Positions 22,283 to 34,860 of a stretch of 64,000 bases of DNA are shown piece by piece. Made by a program: the position numbers and the translations under genes. Under the pieces are notes generated by a model that saw nothing but the letters and a program-made list of their open reading frames with translations, was not told where the DNA came from and ran no database searches. This DNA is from Reclinomonas americana ATCC 50394. Its lineage: Eukaryota. The DNA lies in NCBI GenBank assembly GCA_048213135.1, contig PS015439.1, forward strand, positions 1 to 64,000, given 5' to 3'. Numbering within the stretch: position 1 is the first letter of the stretch; the number at the start of each line of letters is the position of its first letter.

Positions 22283-25200
22283 ATGCGAGTGTCGTTGTTG
22301 GTCACAGTGTTTGTGCTCGCAGTCGGTGGAGTGCTGCTCTGCAGGTAAGTGAGCGTGCTTGCTGCGCGCACACAGAGCGCAGTCGCACACACACGCGAGT
22401 GGTGCGTTTCAGTGCATCACCACACTTGGCCGACTGGCAGTCGAGGCCAGGCGCTGCGCGTGAGGCCTCGCGACTGGCGCACACTATCGGTCAGTTGTCC
22501 ACGCGTTCTGCGGTCGCGCGCATTGTGCTCATTCTCTCTCTCTCTTGCGCAGGCGACACGACACTGTCGGCGACTGGCGGTCTCGGCAAGTTCAGTGATG
22601 AGCTCGATAGTGCGTGTGATGAACTGCAGCTCGAGGAGCTCGGCGAGCGGTTGGGGAATGATGGATCCATGAGTCGCAAGTATCTGAGCAGTGTGCGATT
22701 GGCGTGCGAGGATGTGCAGGTGTGTGGGCATCACTGTGCGCAGCAGGTGCGCGTGTGTGTGCATAACACGCAGTCGTCGACAATAGTCGGTACTGAAGGC
22801 CGCCGGAGTGGGCATTGGTGGCGAAATGACGCGGATGGTGTACGAGCGTGCACTGGCGTTTGCGGAGGATGTGACAGTTGGGTGGTCGGCGTATCCGCCG
22901 CATGTTGCTGCACACTCACCAGCTTGGCGCTCAGAAATTCACCGAGAGGGAGTTTGTCAAGTCGGCGCACACGTTCTCGTCGAGCACGTTGGAGATGTTC
23001 AGCAAGTTGCCGGAGTCGTGGGTGGCGTTGCAGCCCAAGTTCGTTGTCTTGTACGACCAATTGCAGCGATTGGATGAGCAAACGAGCTGGAGGCCAGCTG
23101 TGGAGGTCGCCATCTCGACGCTGTGGATTGTGTATGCATTTGCGGTGGCCTTTGTCGTTGTTGTCTGGCTCGTGAAGTGGTGCTTGCGAGGGGATCGACG
23201 AGCACCTGCGCCGCCTCCACCTCCGCCTCCGCCAGCCGAAGACGAGGAGCCAGATGAGGACGAGGAAGTGATTGGTGAGTGTTTCCGTGGATCCTCGACC
23301 GAGCGACCACATTCTGACACTCGTTGTGTGCTGTGCAGAAGTAGACGATGATGACGATGCACCGACCGTACGCAATCGCGCCCTTGTCCAACAGCAGCCG
23401 CCCGGTCAGCACCGCCACCGTAATCACCACCATCACCACCACCACCATCAACGGCGTCACCACCATCCACCAGCAGGCCCAGTGCAGCCAGCGGGGGCAC
23501 GTGGTGGTGGTGGTGGTGCTGGTGCTACTGACGACGGAAGAGGGGTACGTAGGTGACTCGGTGCCGCAACGTGAGGTGGGCACTCACTCGTGGCTCTCTG
23601 GCGCAGTTTATTACACGCCTGGCATTGGTACTACTTGTGCTCGGCATTGCGCTGCTGGTATTCACCATTGGATTTTACAAACGTGCGTCACATCTCGCTC
23701 TGTGGAGTCATCCCGCACTTTGGCTCACCCTGGCCGTACAGTGCACTGGTTCTCAGTGGCCCCACACGCGGCGCGGTCACTCGAAAAGTGCGAGTCGATG
23801 AGAGCAGCGCTTTCTCGCCACTGTGAGGCGCTCCGCGGCTCCGTCAACGAGCTTCGGCAAGGCTTCGACGCGTTTGTGAAATTCGAGACCTCCCTGTGCG
23901 TTATTGCTTCCTTGATGTCCCTGTCTAGACGATGGAGCTGAACTCCTCCGGGTGGAATGCAGGATAGACAAGCAGATAGGGTCCGGATTGCGAGTCATTC
24001 ATGACACCAATCCGTATCCGCGGCTCTCCGGCACCATGGTGCACTACCGCACCGAGGTGTCCAAGGCAGTGGCGAAACTAGATGTGTTCCAGACGGTACC
24101 GTTGTAGTCTGGGTGCACGACAACGCCCGTGTTGATTTGGTGTCGCTCACGACTTTAGTGACTGTACAGCGGGGTCAGTGCGGTGCGCACGTGGTGCCAG
24201 TGTTGAATGCTTTGCAAGAGTACCAAAACTGGCTGAAGGAGTTTGGTGATGTGCTTCTGCCGGTGCTCATTGACGTGTACGACGTTATCAAGTGCGTCGT
24301 GTCGGCTCTCGTGAATGTGCAGCCTGTGCACTAACCACACGTACGATGAGCAGATTCTTCCAGGAAAACGAGGGGACTCTCCAGAAATACGCAGAGCGTG
24401 GTGAGTCGTTGTACGAGTATCCTTTCTCCCAAAGCTGTTCTCTCACAATGCAGAATGCACAGGTGATGTCCACATCACGGATGCCTTCTTCGAGGCCATG
24501 CATCGCACGTACAAGAGGCTGCGCGATGGTATGCAAGGGTCGGCCGAGAAGCTGAAGCCTGTGCGCACTGCCAAGGAGCAGGTGCGAGCGTGAGAGAGAG
24601 AATGTCTCTGTCGACTCCGTGACGGTATTCACGACGTGCTTCACGAACTTGCAGGTCAAAGAGAAGCGTGATGTTGCGGAGCCGCGAGTTGAGGGTGTGA
24701 AGCGAACCTCTCGCATCAAAGCTGGCGTCCTGGCGGCCATTGGTGGTTTGATGGCTGTCTTTGTTGCGTTGTACTGCACCTGTGTGTGGTGAGGGAGGCA
24801 AGTCGCCAACACGATGGCGAGCAGGTCCCGCCTATTGGCGTTCCTGCTGCTGCTGGTGCCGGCGGATACGTGGTGTACAATGAGAACACTACCGTGCGAG
24901 GTTGGTCTGTCGCGGCAGTGTTCCATGGATGCACCGCTAACGCGTGTACATCGATGTCGCAGATTGCAACGAAGTCGTGGAGGTTCTGCAGGAGCTGCAA
25001 GCATCGATTGCCGTGGTACGTTCCGTGTTGCACTTTTCCCTTGCCCGCTGCTTGCTGACGCGCAGAGTCATCACACGCAGGACGACAAGTCGGTTCGCGA
25101 GGCTGAGGATGCGCTGATTGAGGCGACGACCATCCTCGTGATGTTGCTGCGAGGCGTCCGCACCAGCCGCAAGGCCTTCAAAAGTGTCAACCCGGTGCGA

Positions 25201-25497
25201 CTGCAGGAGGCCACCAGGGTACGAGAGGCAAAGAGCGATTATTTCGAGAGATCCGACGACGATGCAGAGGACGACAAGCAAGACGAAGAAGATCCACGCA
25301 GCAAGATGGAGCGACTCATCGGAGAGGCCAGCGATGACGACGAGTTGCTCATTCGTGTCGCCATGGAGGCGATGAAGCTGGACCATCGTCAACTGGAAGA
25401 CGCCGTGCAGAGAGTGTTCGCGTCAGTCGGCCTTGGCATTGACGACGTGGGCACGAAGAGATTGCCACACAAGGAGGACGATCGGCGAGATACATAA
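22283..25497 (+). CDS. Family A copy 4 (~750 aa, 16 exons, intact; poly-His loop)
   Basis: MRVSLLVTVFVLAVGGVLLCS start; every exon traced in frame; loop HRHRNHHHHHHHHQRRHHH; hairpin AGVLAAIGGLMAVF-VPPIGVPAAAGAGGY. Confidence 0.87.
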
Positions 25498-25540
25498 ACA
25501 CAGAATGCCTGATGTAAAAGGGTCTCTCCTTCAATTTCGC

Positions 25541-28069
25541 CTATCGCCGCCCCCCTGCCCCGCCACGATTCCTGCCTCCAGAGGATGCGCCCGCTGCTGC
25601 GCCAGACGGCGCATTAGATGGCCCTGTGGGGCGCCGACCCGCTGGTTCGCCGCGACCCGCTCCCCCCGCCGGCTTCCCCGGACCAGCTCCCGGAGACGTC
25701 AGCAGTTCAAGCACGGCGGTGGCCTCGGTGCGCACAGCTGTATTCGCATCGCTGTCGGCCATCGTCCGCAACTGCAAGTCGATGCTGGCGGAGAAGATTT
25801 GTGCACGAATGTCGGCGTTGTCTGCTGCCGCAGTAAGTACCGGCACACGATTCACACTCGGCAAATCCTCTTCTTGCACGCAACTGGTCACACAGAACCG
25901 CAGCGTCTCCAGTACCTTGGAGCGCACCTCCACGTGCGGATTTCTCAGATACTGCGGGCCAGCAAACTGCTCCGCCAAGCCCTGGGACACGATCTGCTGC
26001 ACCAGTTTCTTGTCTGTGTGCATCGCACCGTGGTGTGGGTAAACACGCTTCGTTTCACGACTGGAGTATGACCTCATCACACGAAACCTTGAGCAAACAT
26101 GGGCAGCAGGTTGACAAACAATTTCTCGCCGACAACATCTGCCGAGCCAATCATCGACTGCACGATGATCATATGTTCGGTGAAGAATGCCGCCAGTCGA
26201 CCTCGATCTGCATATGCGGTCAACAAGCCGTGCGCAATTCTGTGGCACACAAGACGCCTCACCGCGCAAACAGTGCTGCAAGCAACGGAAGGAACTCTCG
26301 CGACACTCCTTTCCACAGTCCTTCTCGGTGACGACCTCCAGCAGCAGCGCGGAGTGTTGCGCCACGGCGTCCACGGTGGGTGCCCAACCTGTTTCACGAA
26401 TGCTTCCCTCAGCATGCTCTTTGTGGAAGGCGACAGAGACAGAAAGCGCGTCACGCAACGACAGGCAGCCTCGAGAACCGTGAGCACATCGAGCAGCATA
26501 TCACGCGGACGTGCGGCGCCCTCTTCTTTGCACTTTCCAAACTCGGTTCGGCATGCATCGGCCAGCACAGGCACCAGTTCGCAGACGGCCGTGCACTCCG
26601 AGTCCGGGCACACTGCACAATGCGCACGCGTCACACAACAATAGACAACACACATGTCCAATCGCTTTCAAGCACACCAATCACATACGCTGCCAGGAGT
26701 GCCAGAGCAGCGAACTCTCCACCGCGCTCCGCGGCCGGCAACGCAACACTGCGGCTGAGACCGCCAACCACATCACGGAGGAGAGCCAGTGGCGAGCAGC
26801 CAGCAGCCAGCAGTCGCTCTGCGGCCGGAGCACCACCTGCGACATGCAACGTGGGGTGAGACAAAGGACGACAGCGGGGAGAGGAAGCGTGTCAAGCCAA
26901 CCGTGCTTCATAGCGTTCGCCAGCAGGATCAGCATGGCATCGCGTGTTTCCGGGATCGACTCGGACACGTGCAACAGCAGCAACACGCCACCACTCTGCG
27001 ACAGAAACTCCATCGTATTCTCCACCGAGCCATCCACCAGACGCGACACCAAACGGAACCAAAAGAACATGGAGGACAAACGATCGCCATCTGTGGCGCT
27101 GCCACATACCGCAGCCGCCCACGCACACAGCGGCTCGACAAGGTCACGCAGCAGTCGCTGCAGCTGCCCGCGACCACCACTGGCATCCCCCAACATCTCC
27201 GACAGCGCACACATCAGCACCTGGCGCGTCTTATCCTCCTCCTCTACCCCGCAGTTCACCAGCGCCGACGACAAGGCGCGCACCACATTCGCCTGCGAAC
27301 TCAAAAACGAGCGGATCTTGTTGTCGCTGCGACCACCTGCGAGTTGTTGTTGCATACTGAGCAACGGTGCACGATCTACTCCCTCGCACAGTCACACCAC
27401 CGACCTTGCACGAACGACAACACGAGCCACGCAAGTGCGTTCTGCCCGCGCGACGAGTGCGCTCTCCAGTTGACCAGCGACTGCGTGAGCACCGAGTATC
27501 CATCCTGAGTCTCCGCAAACTCCACTCCCGTCTCCGCCACAACTACACACGCCAACCACGTCAACAACAACTCACACACTTTCTCAGTCACACAATCGAC
27601 ACTCACATCGCGCAAAATGAGCCAACACACTGAGACACACTGTTCGCAGCTCGCCCGCCAACGACGCATCCTGCGACATGATGCCCATCACAGTCTCGAT
27701 CCACATGCGCAAGTTCGGCCGCAGTGCGTCCACCACAGCACTCTGTCGATTCTTGGCATCCTCTGCCCAGAAAAAGACACACTCACTCAGACTCTCTCTC
27801 CCTCTCTCACTCTCTCTGTCTCTCTCTCTCATACCATCGCGAAGCATTGCAAGCAGTCGCTCAAACGTCTTGAACCGCTCCTCGTCATCCCACAGAGTGT
27901 TGTACATGCTCTCCAGTTGTGCGGCGATCAGTGCAGAGGCCGACGAGGAAGAGGCGCTGCCTCCACTGCCACTGCCACTGGCCTGTGCATCGAGAGCAGC
28001 ATAGGAGTTGCGTGCCACTGCAGCGCCTCCAGAGCCGCCCGATCGCCCACTTGCTCCACGCTTTCCCAT
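25541..28069 (-). CDS. HEAT/ARM-like alpha-solenoid protein of unknown function (~6 exons)
   Basis: Exons join in frame; Leu/Val-rich amphipathic helices; HEAT-like motifs LRNPHVEVRSKVLETL and DSDANTAVRTEATAVL. Confidence 0.65.
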
Positions 28070-28137
28070 AAGTGAGATTGAAAACGTCGAGCTTCTTCAA
28101 TGCAATTTTTGTGTGTGTTTTCTTGTCTCCCTCGCTG

Positions 28138-29100
28138 TCACTCGTCGACCACCTCCAGTGAATAATACAACAACAGCTCGCCTTCGGCGTTGGTCTTGAC
28201 GTTGCGCAGTTTGTTCAGCTTGTCAGTGGGAGGCAGCACGCGGCTCGGTGGAATGGTGTTGGCGCCCGACGGTTTCGCCGTGGCGCCGTGAATGACGACG
28301 TGGCGTGTCTCGGGCACCGACAGTTTGATGCGAACGAGCTCCATGAGTGCGCCCACCGGTGCGTTGCCGGGCACGCTGATGTGCGGCTTGGCCAGGTCAG
28401 ACAGCCTGCAGGAAGGAGGACGATGGTCAGCGAGGTGGGGCGCGGAGGAGACAAAGGCGACAGCCGGTACGCGACTCTTGGCTGTGCGGGCGCAGGAATG
28501 CGAGTGCGGGCTCCACAGGTTGCACGGCGGGGGCATGGTCGACGCTCGACGACAGCGATGCATCGTCGTCGGCCATTGCAACACCGCGCTCGTTGCCCAA
28601 GTCGTCATCGTCGTCATCGTCGTCGTCGTCGTCGTCACCATCGCGTTTAGTTAGTGGCGCAGTGGCAGCATTCCGTCCACTGCGGCGAGTACCGCTGCTT
28701 CCACGAGTGCGCATGGTTCGGGTCGACGACGCCGAGGGCTTTTGACGGGACGAGCGGCGCTTTCGTGCAGGTGCTGTAATTCACGACGAGCTGCATGAGA
28801 TTGTGGCGGGAGAAGACGGAGAGTTCGAGAACAAGAGTACCATCCGCATCCGAGGCCGACTCGACAGAAGGAGAGACTTCTTCGCGCTTCCTCTTGTTCC
28901 GCAACGTCCGTGCCGACTCCGACTTGCCCGATCCGCTTCGGGTCGTCGGCGTGGTTGCTGCGGTGGTGGCGGTGGGCGTCGATGGTTCCCCTTCGCTGCG
29001 ACGGAGACGACGGCGACTCCACTTGTGTCCCGGCGGCTTCTCCGCCGACAGACGAAGGTAGGCCAGCGGCGGACCTGTTGCTCGCTCCCATGAGATCTTT
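28138..29100 (-). CDS. C-terminal exons with NLS-like/acidic tracts ending in a RAWUL-like ubiquitin-fold domain; probably the 3' end of the Myb gene
   Basis: Spliced ...RNKRKRE...RKRR...poly-D...AFLRPHSQE-LSDLAKPHISVPGNAPVGALMELVRIKL...LPPTDKLNKL...GELLLYYS follows the RING1/PCGF RAWUL pattern. Confidence 0.55.
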
Positions 29101-29149
29101 TGAAAAAACACAAGGATGATAGCAACAACGAAGACAAACCGTGCGCATC

Positions 29150-32100
29150 AGCACCGACAATTGGAATGCATGGAAGCGACTGCGCAGCACAGCATGTCGG
29201 TCAAACAGACAAGCACGCACACAATCATCTGGTGTTGCCGTACCATGCCCTCCTTGCTCCCATCCCCACCAGCGCTGCTGCTGGGCATGGCATGCACTGG
29301 GAGCACAACGTCGTGCGATGATTGCTCGCTTGGCACCCAGAATGCGGGCACAAGCTGCATCAACTGTCAGTGCACAGTCATCGGCAGTGCAACACATGCA
29401 CGCATAAACTGAACCTCGATGGCCGGTGTCGGATGCAGAGAAATGGAGACGCGGCTGGCGTCTTGTATCGTGGCATCGACAGCTTCCACGGTAAAGTAGC
29501 CGGCTCGCAGACTTGGCGGCAGGTGCGGACGCGGCTTCTGCGCCGACGACGACGACGAATACATGCGACGTGTCGGTCGCTGCACCGTCGCCAGTGGGTC
29601 GTACGATTTTCTGGACGACTGCGGTGCAACTTGTGAGCGGGGAACCACACAAGGATCGTTTCGCGTGCTTGTGCGACGTACCTTGTGTGGCTCATTTGCG
29701 CCTGCATACGGTGGCACACGTGAGTCAATCTAGAAAGAACACAATCTCGCTCAGACATGCACACACCTGACTTGCGGTGAGAGTGTGTCACGTGTAGTGG
29801 GTGACCCTCGGGCACCGAGAACGTACTGCCTCCACTCTGCTTCCGATTCGTGAGAGACAGAGAGTCACAGCACGAGAGAGAGCGAGAGAGAGCACGCACC
29901 GCAGTGTCGGCAATGTAGCGCGCACGCATCACGACCTCATCGACATTGCGTCCCGGGTGGAAGCGAGAGCGGTGGTTCGCAAGGTGCTCAACCACAATCG
30001 AGGATATGGTGTCGGAGGTCGCCGATTGAACCTGTTGTACATCAACGAGCTCAGTTCGTGGGGACAATACAACGCACACTGCTAGACAACAACGACGCAC
30101 CCACTCCTCGAGCAATGCATCCTCAGCCTCACTGAACGGAACCACGGGTCGAACCAAACCGGCTGCGCAGGGCGGTGAAGCGTGTGAGTAAAATATGCTG
30201 TGCAAGTGGCACACACTCACACACAGATGCAGACCGAGACCACCGCGAAGGCGATCCGCAGCCGACGCGGCAGGAGCCGCCGCCGACATTGCAGACGACG
30301 GCTCCCGCGTGGCTGGAGTAGCACTCGCTGTGGCAGTGGTGGTGGTGGTGGTGGTGGTAGAGGAGGTGGCGGTGGTGGTGGTGGTGGTGGTGTGCGTGGA
30401 GGGGTGTGGCGGACTCGACGGTGGAATGTCGACAGAGGGCGGAGGAATGTTTAGCGGGACAGCCGGTGGCACCGACTCTGGCCACATTGTCTGCGTCACG
30501 TCGGTCGCCGACATCACTGCCGATGCCGCTGGTGCCAGGGGTGGAGGCGGCGGTGGAGGCGGCGGGGGCGGCGGTGGCGGGGGAACATGGGGCGCGAAAG
30601 CGCCGCCCGGTATCGACAGCACAGTGAGATAAGTGTTGCCATCGGTGCCATTCTGCGTCGCCACCGGTGCAGCATCTGTCGCAGGAACCACGAGGCCTTC
30701 TGCTGCCAACAACACACATCATCGATTGGTCACCGTCACCATGAAGGGGGCACACAAGACGACACACGTACCGCCACCCGAGCGACGGTTTCGGGCCTTG
30801 ATGGTGGATGCGTCACGCTCCTTGATCTGGTACCAACGATGGCGGCACTGGATATCTGCGAACAGAGAGCCCACCGACGAAGCTAAGCAAGCAGGACGGA
30901 GGAGTGAAAGAAAAAGAGAAAGAAAAGAGAGAGTCGTACCTGTGCGACCGGGCACACGATCCGACACGCGCGTCCATGTGGTCTCTCCCAGCTCCGTCAC
31001 CGCGGCACGCAGTCGCGCGTCCTCGGCTGCGAGACGCACACATGAGCAACACATCGATGATAAGCAAAACAACGCGACGCGGCTCCTCACCTTCGCCCCA
31101 CTCGCCCTTGACAATGGCCGGATTGAGCACGCGGTGCCAGTGTTGATCTGCTCGCAGTGAGTGCCAAACCTCACCCCCACCCCCACAATCAAAGTGTGCG
31201 ACGCAACTGCACTGATCGGCCGTGAATCCGCCACCGACCTGGCGGGCAATGTCCTTCCAGTTGCGTGCGCCATTCTGTTGCACAGCATCGCGGAGCTTCT
31301 GATCCAATTCCTGCAATACGGAACACGACTTTTTGTCATCGCCACGACACTGATAGTGATCGAGAAAAGGCACACAAACCTCGGTCCAGCGGCCCTTGCG
31401 ATCCTTGACGCGGCGGGACTTGGTCTTGTCGCTTGTCTGCCAGCGCCAGAAGCAACTTCAGTCAACGCACACAAAACCCCAATACAAAACCATCCACAAA
31501 CCGGTGATGACGGCGCCTCTGCTTGTATGAATGGCGCCGAGGGTGGCGGCAAGCTCGACGCCTGTGCTTGAGCCTGTATGGCCGCCTGGAGATGAATCAT
31601 GCTGATCACACTCTGCGCGAAGAGATTTCAGCAAGCTGCGACAACAACATCAACGCGCGTCACATACCTCCGGACTCATTACCACCGGCATCGAGTTGAC
31701 ATCCGCCGATTGCTGTGTGCACCCGCGCAGTGAGCAACTGAGAAGCAACACAAACGCGTGCGCGCAAAAAGAGAGAGAGGGAGAGAGCAAACCATCGGTT
31801 GCATCGAGTAAATCATCGGCACCTGAAACGCACACGTGAGAAGACACACACATGCACACACACGCACGAGAGCACAACACAACTGCGAACTGCATCATCG
31901 CCGCCGACCTGCGACACAAAAATGCGTTTTATGTAAGTATTGGCGCCAACGCATCGACAATGCAAACAACTCGTGATGAGATTGATTCACACACACACAA
32001 TGCACGCACAAAATGCGCATGCCCACACAGACGCACGTGTGTGTGTGCGCGAGAGAGAGTGTGCACACATCACACACAAGTGCGTGCGTGTGTGCAACGA

Positions 32101-32516
32101 CACTTACACTACGCACTCTACGACAACCGTAGTAGCGCACAGTACACAACCCCACATACGAAACACACTCACCCGTCACCACCCGACGCCTGCCCCATGA
32201 AGTGAAACCCTGCACACACGCACGCACGCAACACACACACGCACAACATTCAGCGCACATAAAGTGTCACATTCATCGACTTTATCTCACCTGGAGGTGG
32301 CGGAGGCGGCGGCGGAGGTGGCGGCGGCATAGGCGGAGGCATAGGCGGAGGCGATGAGGAGCGCGCGTCTGCAGGCGGCATCCGCTGTGATGGCAACTCG
32401 GTCATTGCTTCCGAGGCCTGTGACAGCACCTGACTGCTGCTCTCTCCTGTCTCTGGAGGCGGCGACAGCGCAGAGTCGTCGTGCGCGTGGTCGTCGTTGG
32501 CCAGCGGGTGCTCCAT
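29150..32516 (-). CDS. Myb-repeat (R2R3-type) transcription factor with Pro-rich regions; 3' junctions uncertain
   Basis: KGRWTEELDQKLRDAVQQNGARNWKDIA...QCNQHWHRVLNPAIVKGEW..EDARL...WTRVSDRVPGRTDIQCRHRW; a further degenerate SANT-like segment PFSEAEDALLEEW; ATG at 32516. Confidence 0.85.
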
Positions 32517-32750
32517 GACATCGTCTGTGTGTGTGAGAGAGACAGAAGAGAGAGAGACAAAGAGTGAGAGGTGCAATGCGTTTTTGTAGGGTGACAACAA
32601 AAAAGTGAACCTTGCATGTTTTCCCTTCTGTGTCTCTCCGAGTGCACTCCTCTCTGTGTGTGCAGAGTCGTGCAGAGTCACACGCGCGCGCGTGACAAGT
32701 TCGACGATATGATGGAGAGTTGTCCGTCGATCGGCTGGAGTGAATTGTAC

Positions 32751-34769
32751 AGAAACGCCATTTCGGAAACGCCTCCTTTCCCCCCTTCTTATGGAGCGTA
32801 CTGGGCGACCACGGACTCCGCAGTCGCCTGCGGTGGTGAGTCAGAAGCGGCCGTCGTCGCCGGATCGGCGCAGTGTGGGTTCGCCGATGAGTTTGCATTC
32901 GCGCTCGGCGAGCCGCCGCAGTTTGCGCGATCTGGAGGACATTGATGGCAATGATATGAACACCACGGCCAAGAGGATTGAGGTGCGGGTGCTGTGTGAC
33001 CCCACGCTGTCTTCGTGAGAGTGTGTGTTTGTAACATGCGTGCGTGTGCCCTCAGGCGCTGTCGGTGCACGAGAGAACCATGCGCTCTCCTTCCTTTGAT
33101 CGGACCACGTCACGAGAGGCGCCGTTGACGGGCTTTGAGTACAATGAGCCCGGCGAGTTGGTGTGTACTGCCGCGCAGCAGGTTGTCTGTCGGTGCGCTC
33201 TCACTCCTCTGCGTGCAGCTGGGAGGTGATTACTCGGCTGATATCGACGAGCGCCAACTGGTTTCTCGGCGCCACCGTCCCACATCACCGCCACCGCTGG
33301 ACCTGCTGCCCTCCAGCACAATGACCATGTCTGCCCACCCGCCGCTGCACGACTTGGAGTACGACAATGTCGACTCGCCTCAGGTGTTGCCTGTGAGTCG
33401 AGTTGTTTGTCTGCTTCCTGGAGGTTGCTCCATCAGTTCACTCCTTCCTCTGCAGCACCCGAAAAGCATTCCCGACATGACCAAGATCCTGCCGCGCACC
33501 GGCCACGTGATGGACGGCCACTTGTTTGAGCACCTGTCGGCTCGCAATCGTCTCAAGAAATCGAAACTCTCACCAATCGCCACCGATCCGCCCACTCCCA
33601 AGGTCGGTCCGCTCTCCTTCAGTTTGGCGTCTGCAATCCGGTTCTCACCTCTTCCGTGTGCTCGCCACAGGGACCCCAATTCTGCCACTCGCACTGCGAA
33701 CACATCGCATGTCGCAAGAAGAGTCTCGATTATCACGCTCAACGAGTCGGGGTGAGCTCGACCGCTCTTCCACACGTCACATTCGAGGTCGCCCTCTCAC
33801 CTCTTCTTCCCTCCTCACAGACATCAGCGGCCGTGATTCTGTCGTCTCCGGTGGCTCGCCAGCGTGCGCTTAGTGTGCCGCCGAAAGTCAAGGAGAATCC
33901 TTTCGTCTATCTCAGCCTTGGCCTTGGGTTCGTGAACCGCCACCACCATCAAGGTGTTGCATTTCCACGCTGACTGTGAAGTAGTGACGAGGTTCCGGAT
34001 CTCGACAAACTGGCCGTCACCACGCCCATGTCTCCCATGGCGAGATCGTCACTTGCCGGCAGCGATTCGCGGAAGCCCTTCCCCGCTGAACCGCTGCGCA
34101 GCACCATCTCCTTCCGTGGGCGCGTCGGGCGCGACAAGAGGCCAGTGGGCGTGACCACTCCGCAGGCACCCGACAAGTGTTGCGTCGCAGTTGCAGCACC
34201 GTCAATAGGTGCTTTCTGCTTGCCCAAGCCCCTAACACTCGTCTCTCGTCGCTGCAGATTACCGCGATCCGTCGTTCTCACCACCCAAAACATGCTCGGT
34301 GAGCATCCAGCGCGCACAGACTCGCGAACAGTGGCGCAAGGCCTCACCGGCACCCGACGAGATGTACCGCTACCTCGACAAGGTGTGTACTTGTGGCAAG
34401 GTGCTATCCTGTGCATCTGTGGCGGACTGACCTGACTCTCTACTCCAGGTGTACGATGTCCGCGACACGTCGCCCAAGAAGGCCACCATCGACATGAACT
34501 ACGCATCGTCGAGGGAGACCGGCAATGCACCACTGCCGGAGACCTACTTTATCGACGGTAACACGCCGTCGAAAAAGTCCCGAGTGCCCCACCCCAAGCT
34601 GCACGCCACTGGACCACCTCTCACCGAGGCGCCCGTGTCAATCATCGAGTCGCTGGTGGATCTGGAGATTCGCAACAGTCGACGACTGCGCGAACGCGTG
34701 ATGCGCGGCTTCAAGAGCAGCGCATTCCAGAAAGAACTGTTTGCCACCACGGCTCCCACCAAGAGCTGA
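32751..34769 (+). CDS. Multi-exon hypothetical low-complexity (S/P/R-rich) protein; start not resolved
   Basis: Series of short exons with GT-AG introns; last exon ends ...FQKELFATTAPTKS*. Confidence 0.55.
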
Positions 34770-34860
34770 AAGTGCATGCATGTCAAGCATGCATGCGCTG
34801 TACAAAAACAAATGAAACAAACAATGTTGCGAACTCGTATCATCCGTCTACAGACAATCA

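Noticed and set aside
9288-25497. Array as a transposon or endogenous virus
   Set aside because: No transposase, RT, integrase or capsid motifs and no terminal repeats; genes have host-type introns.
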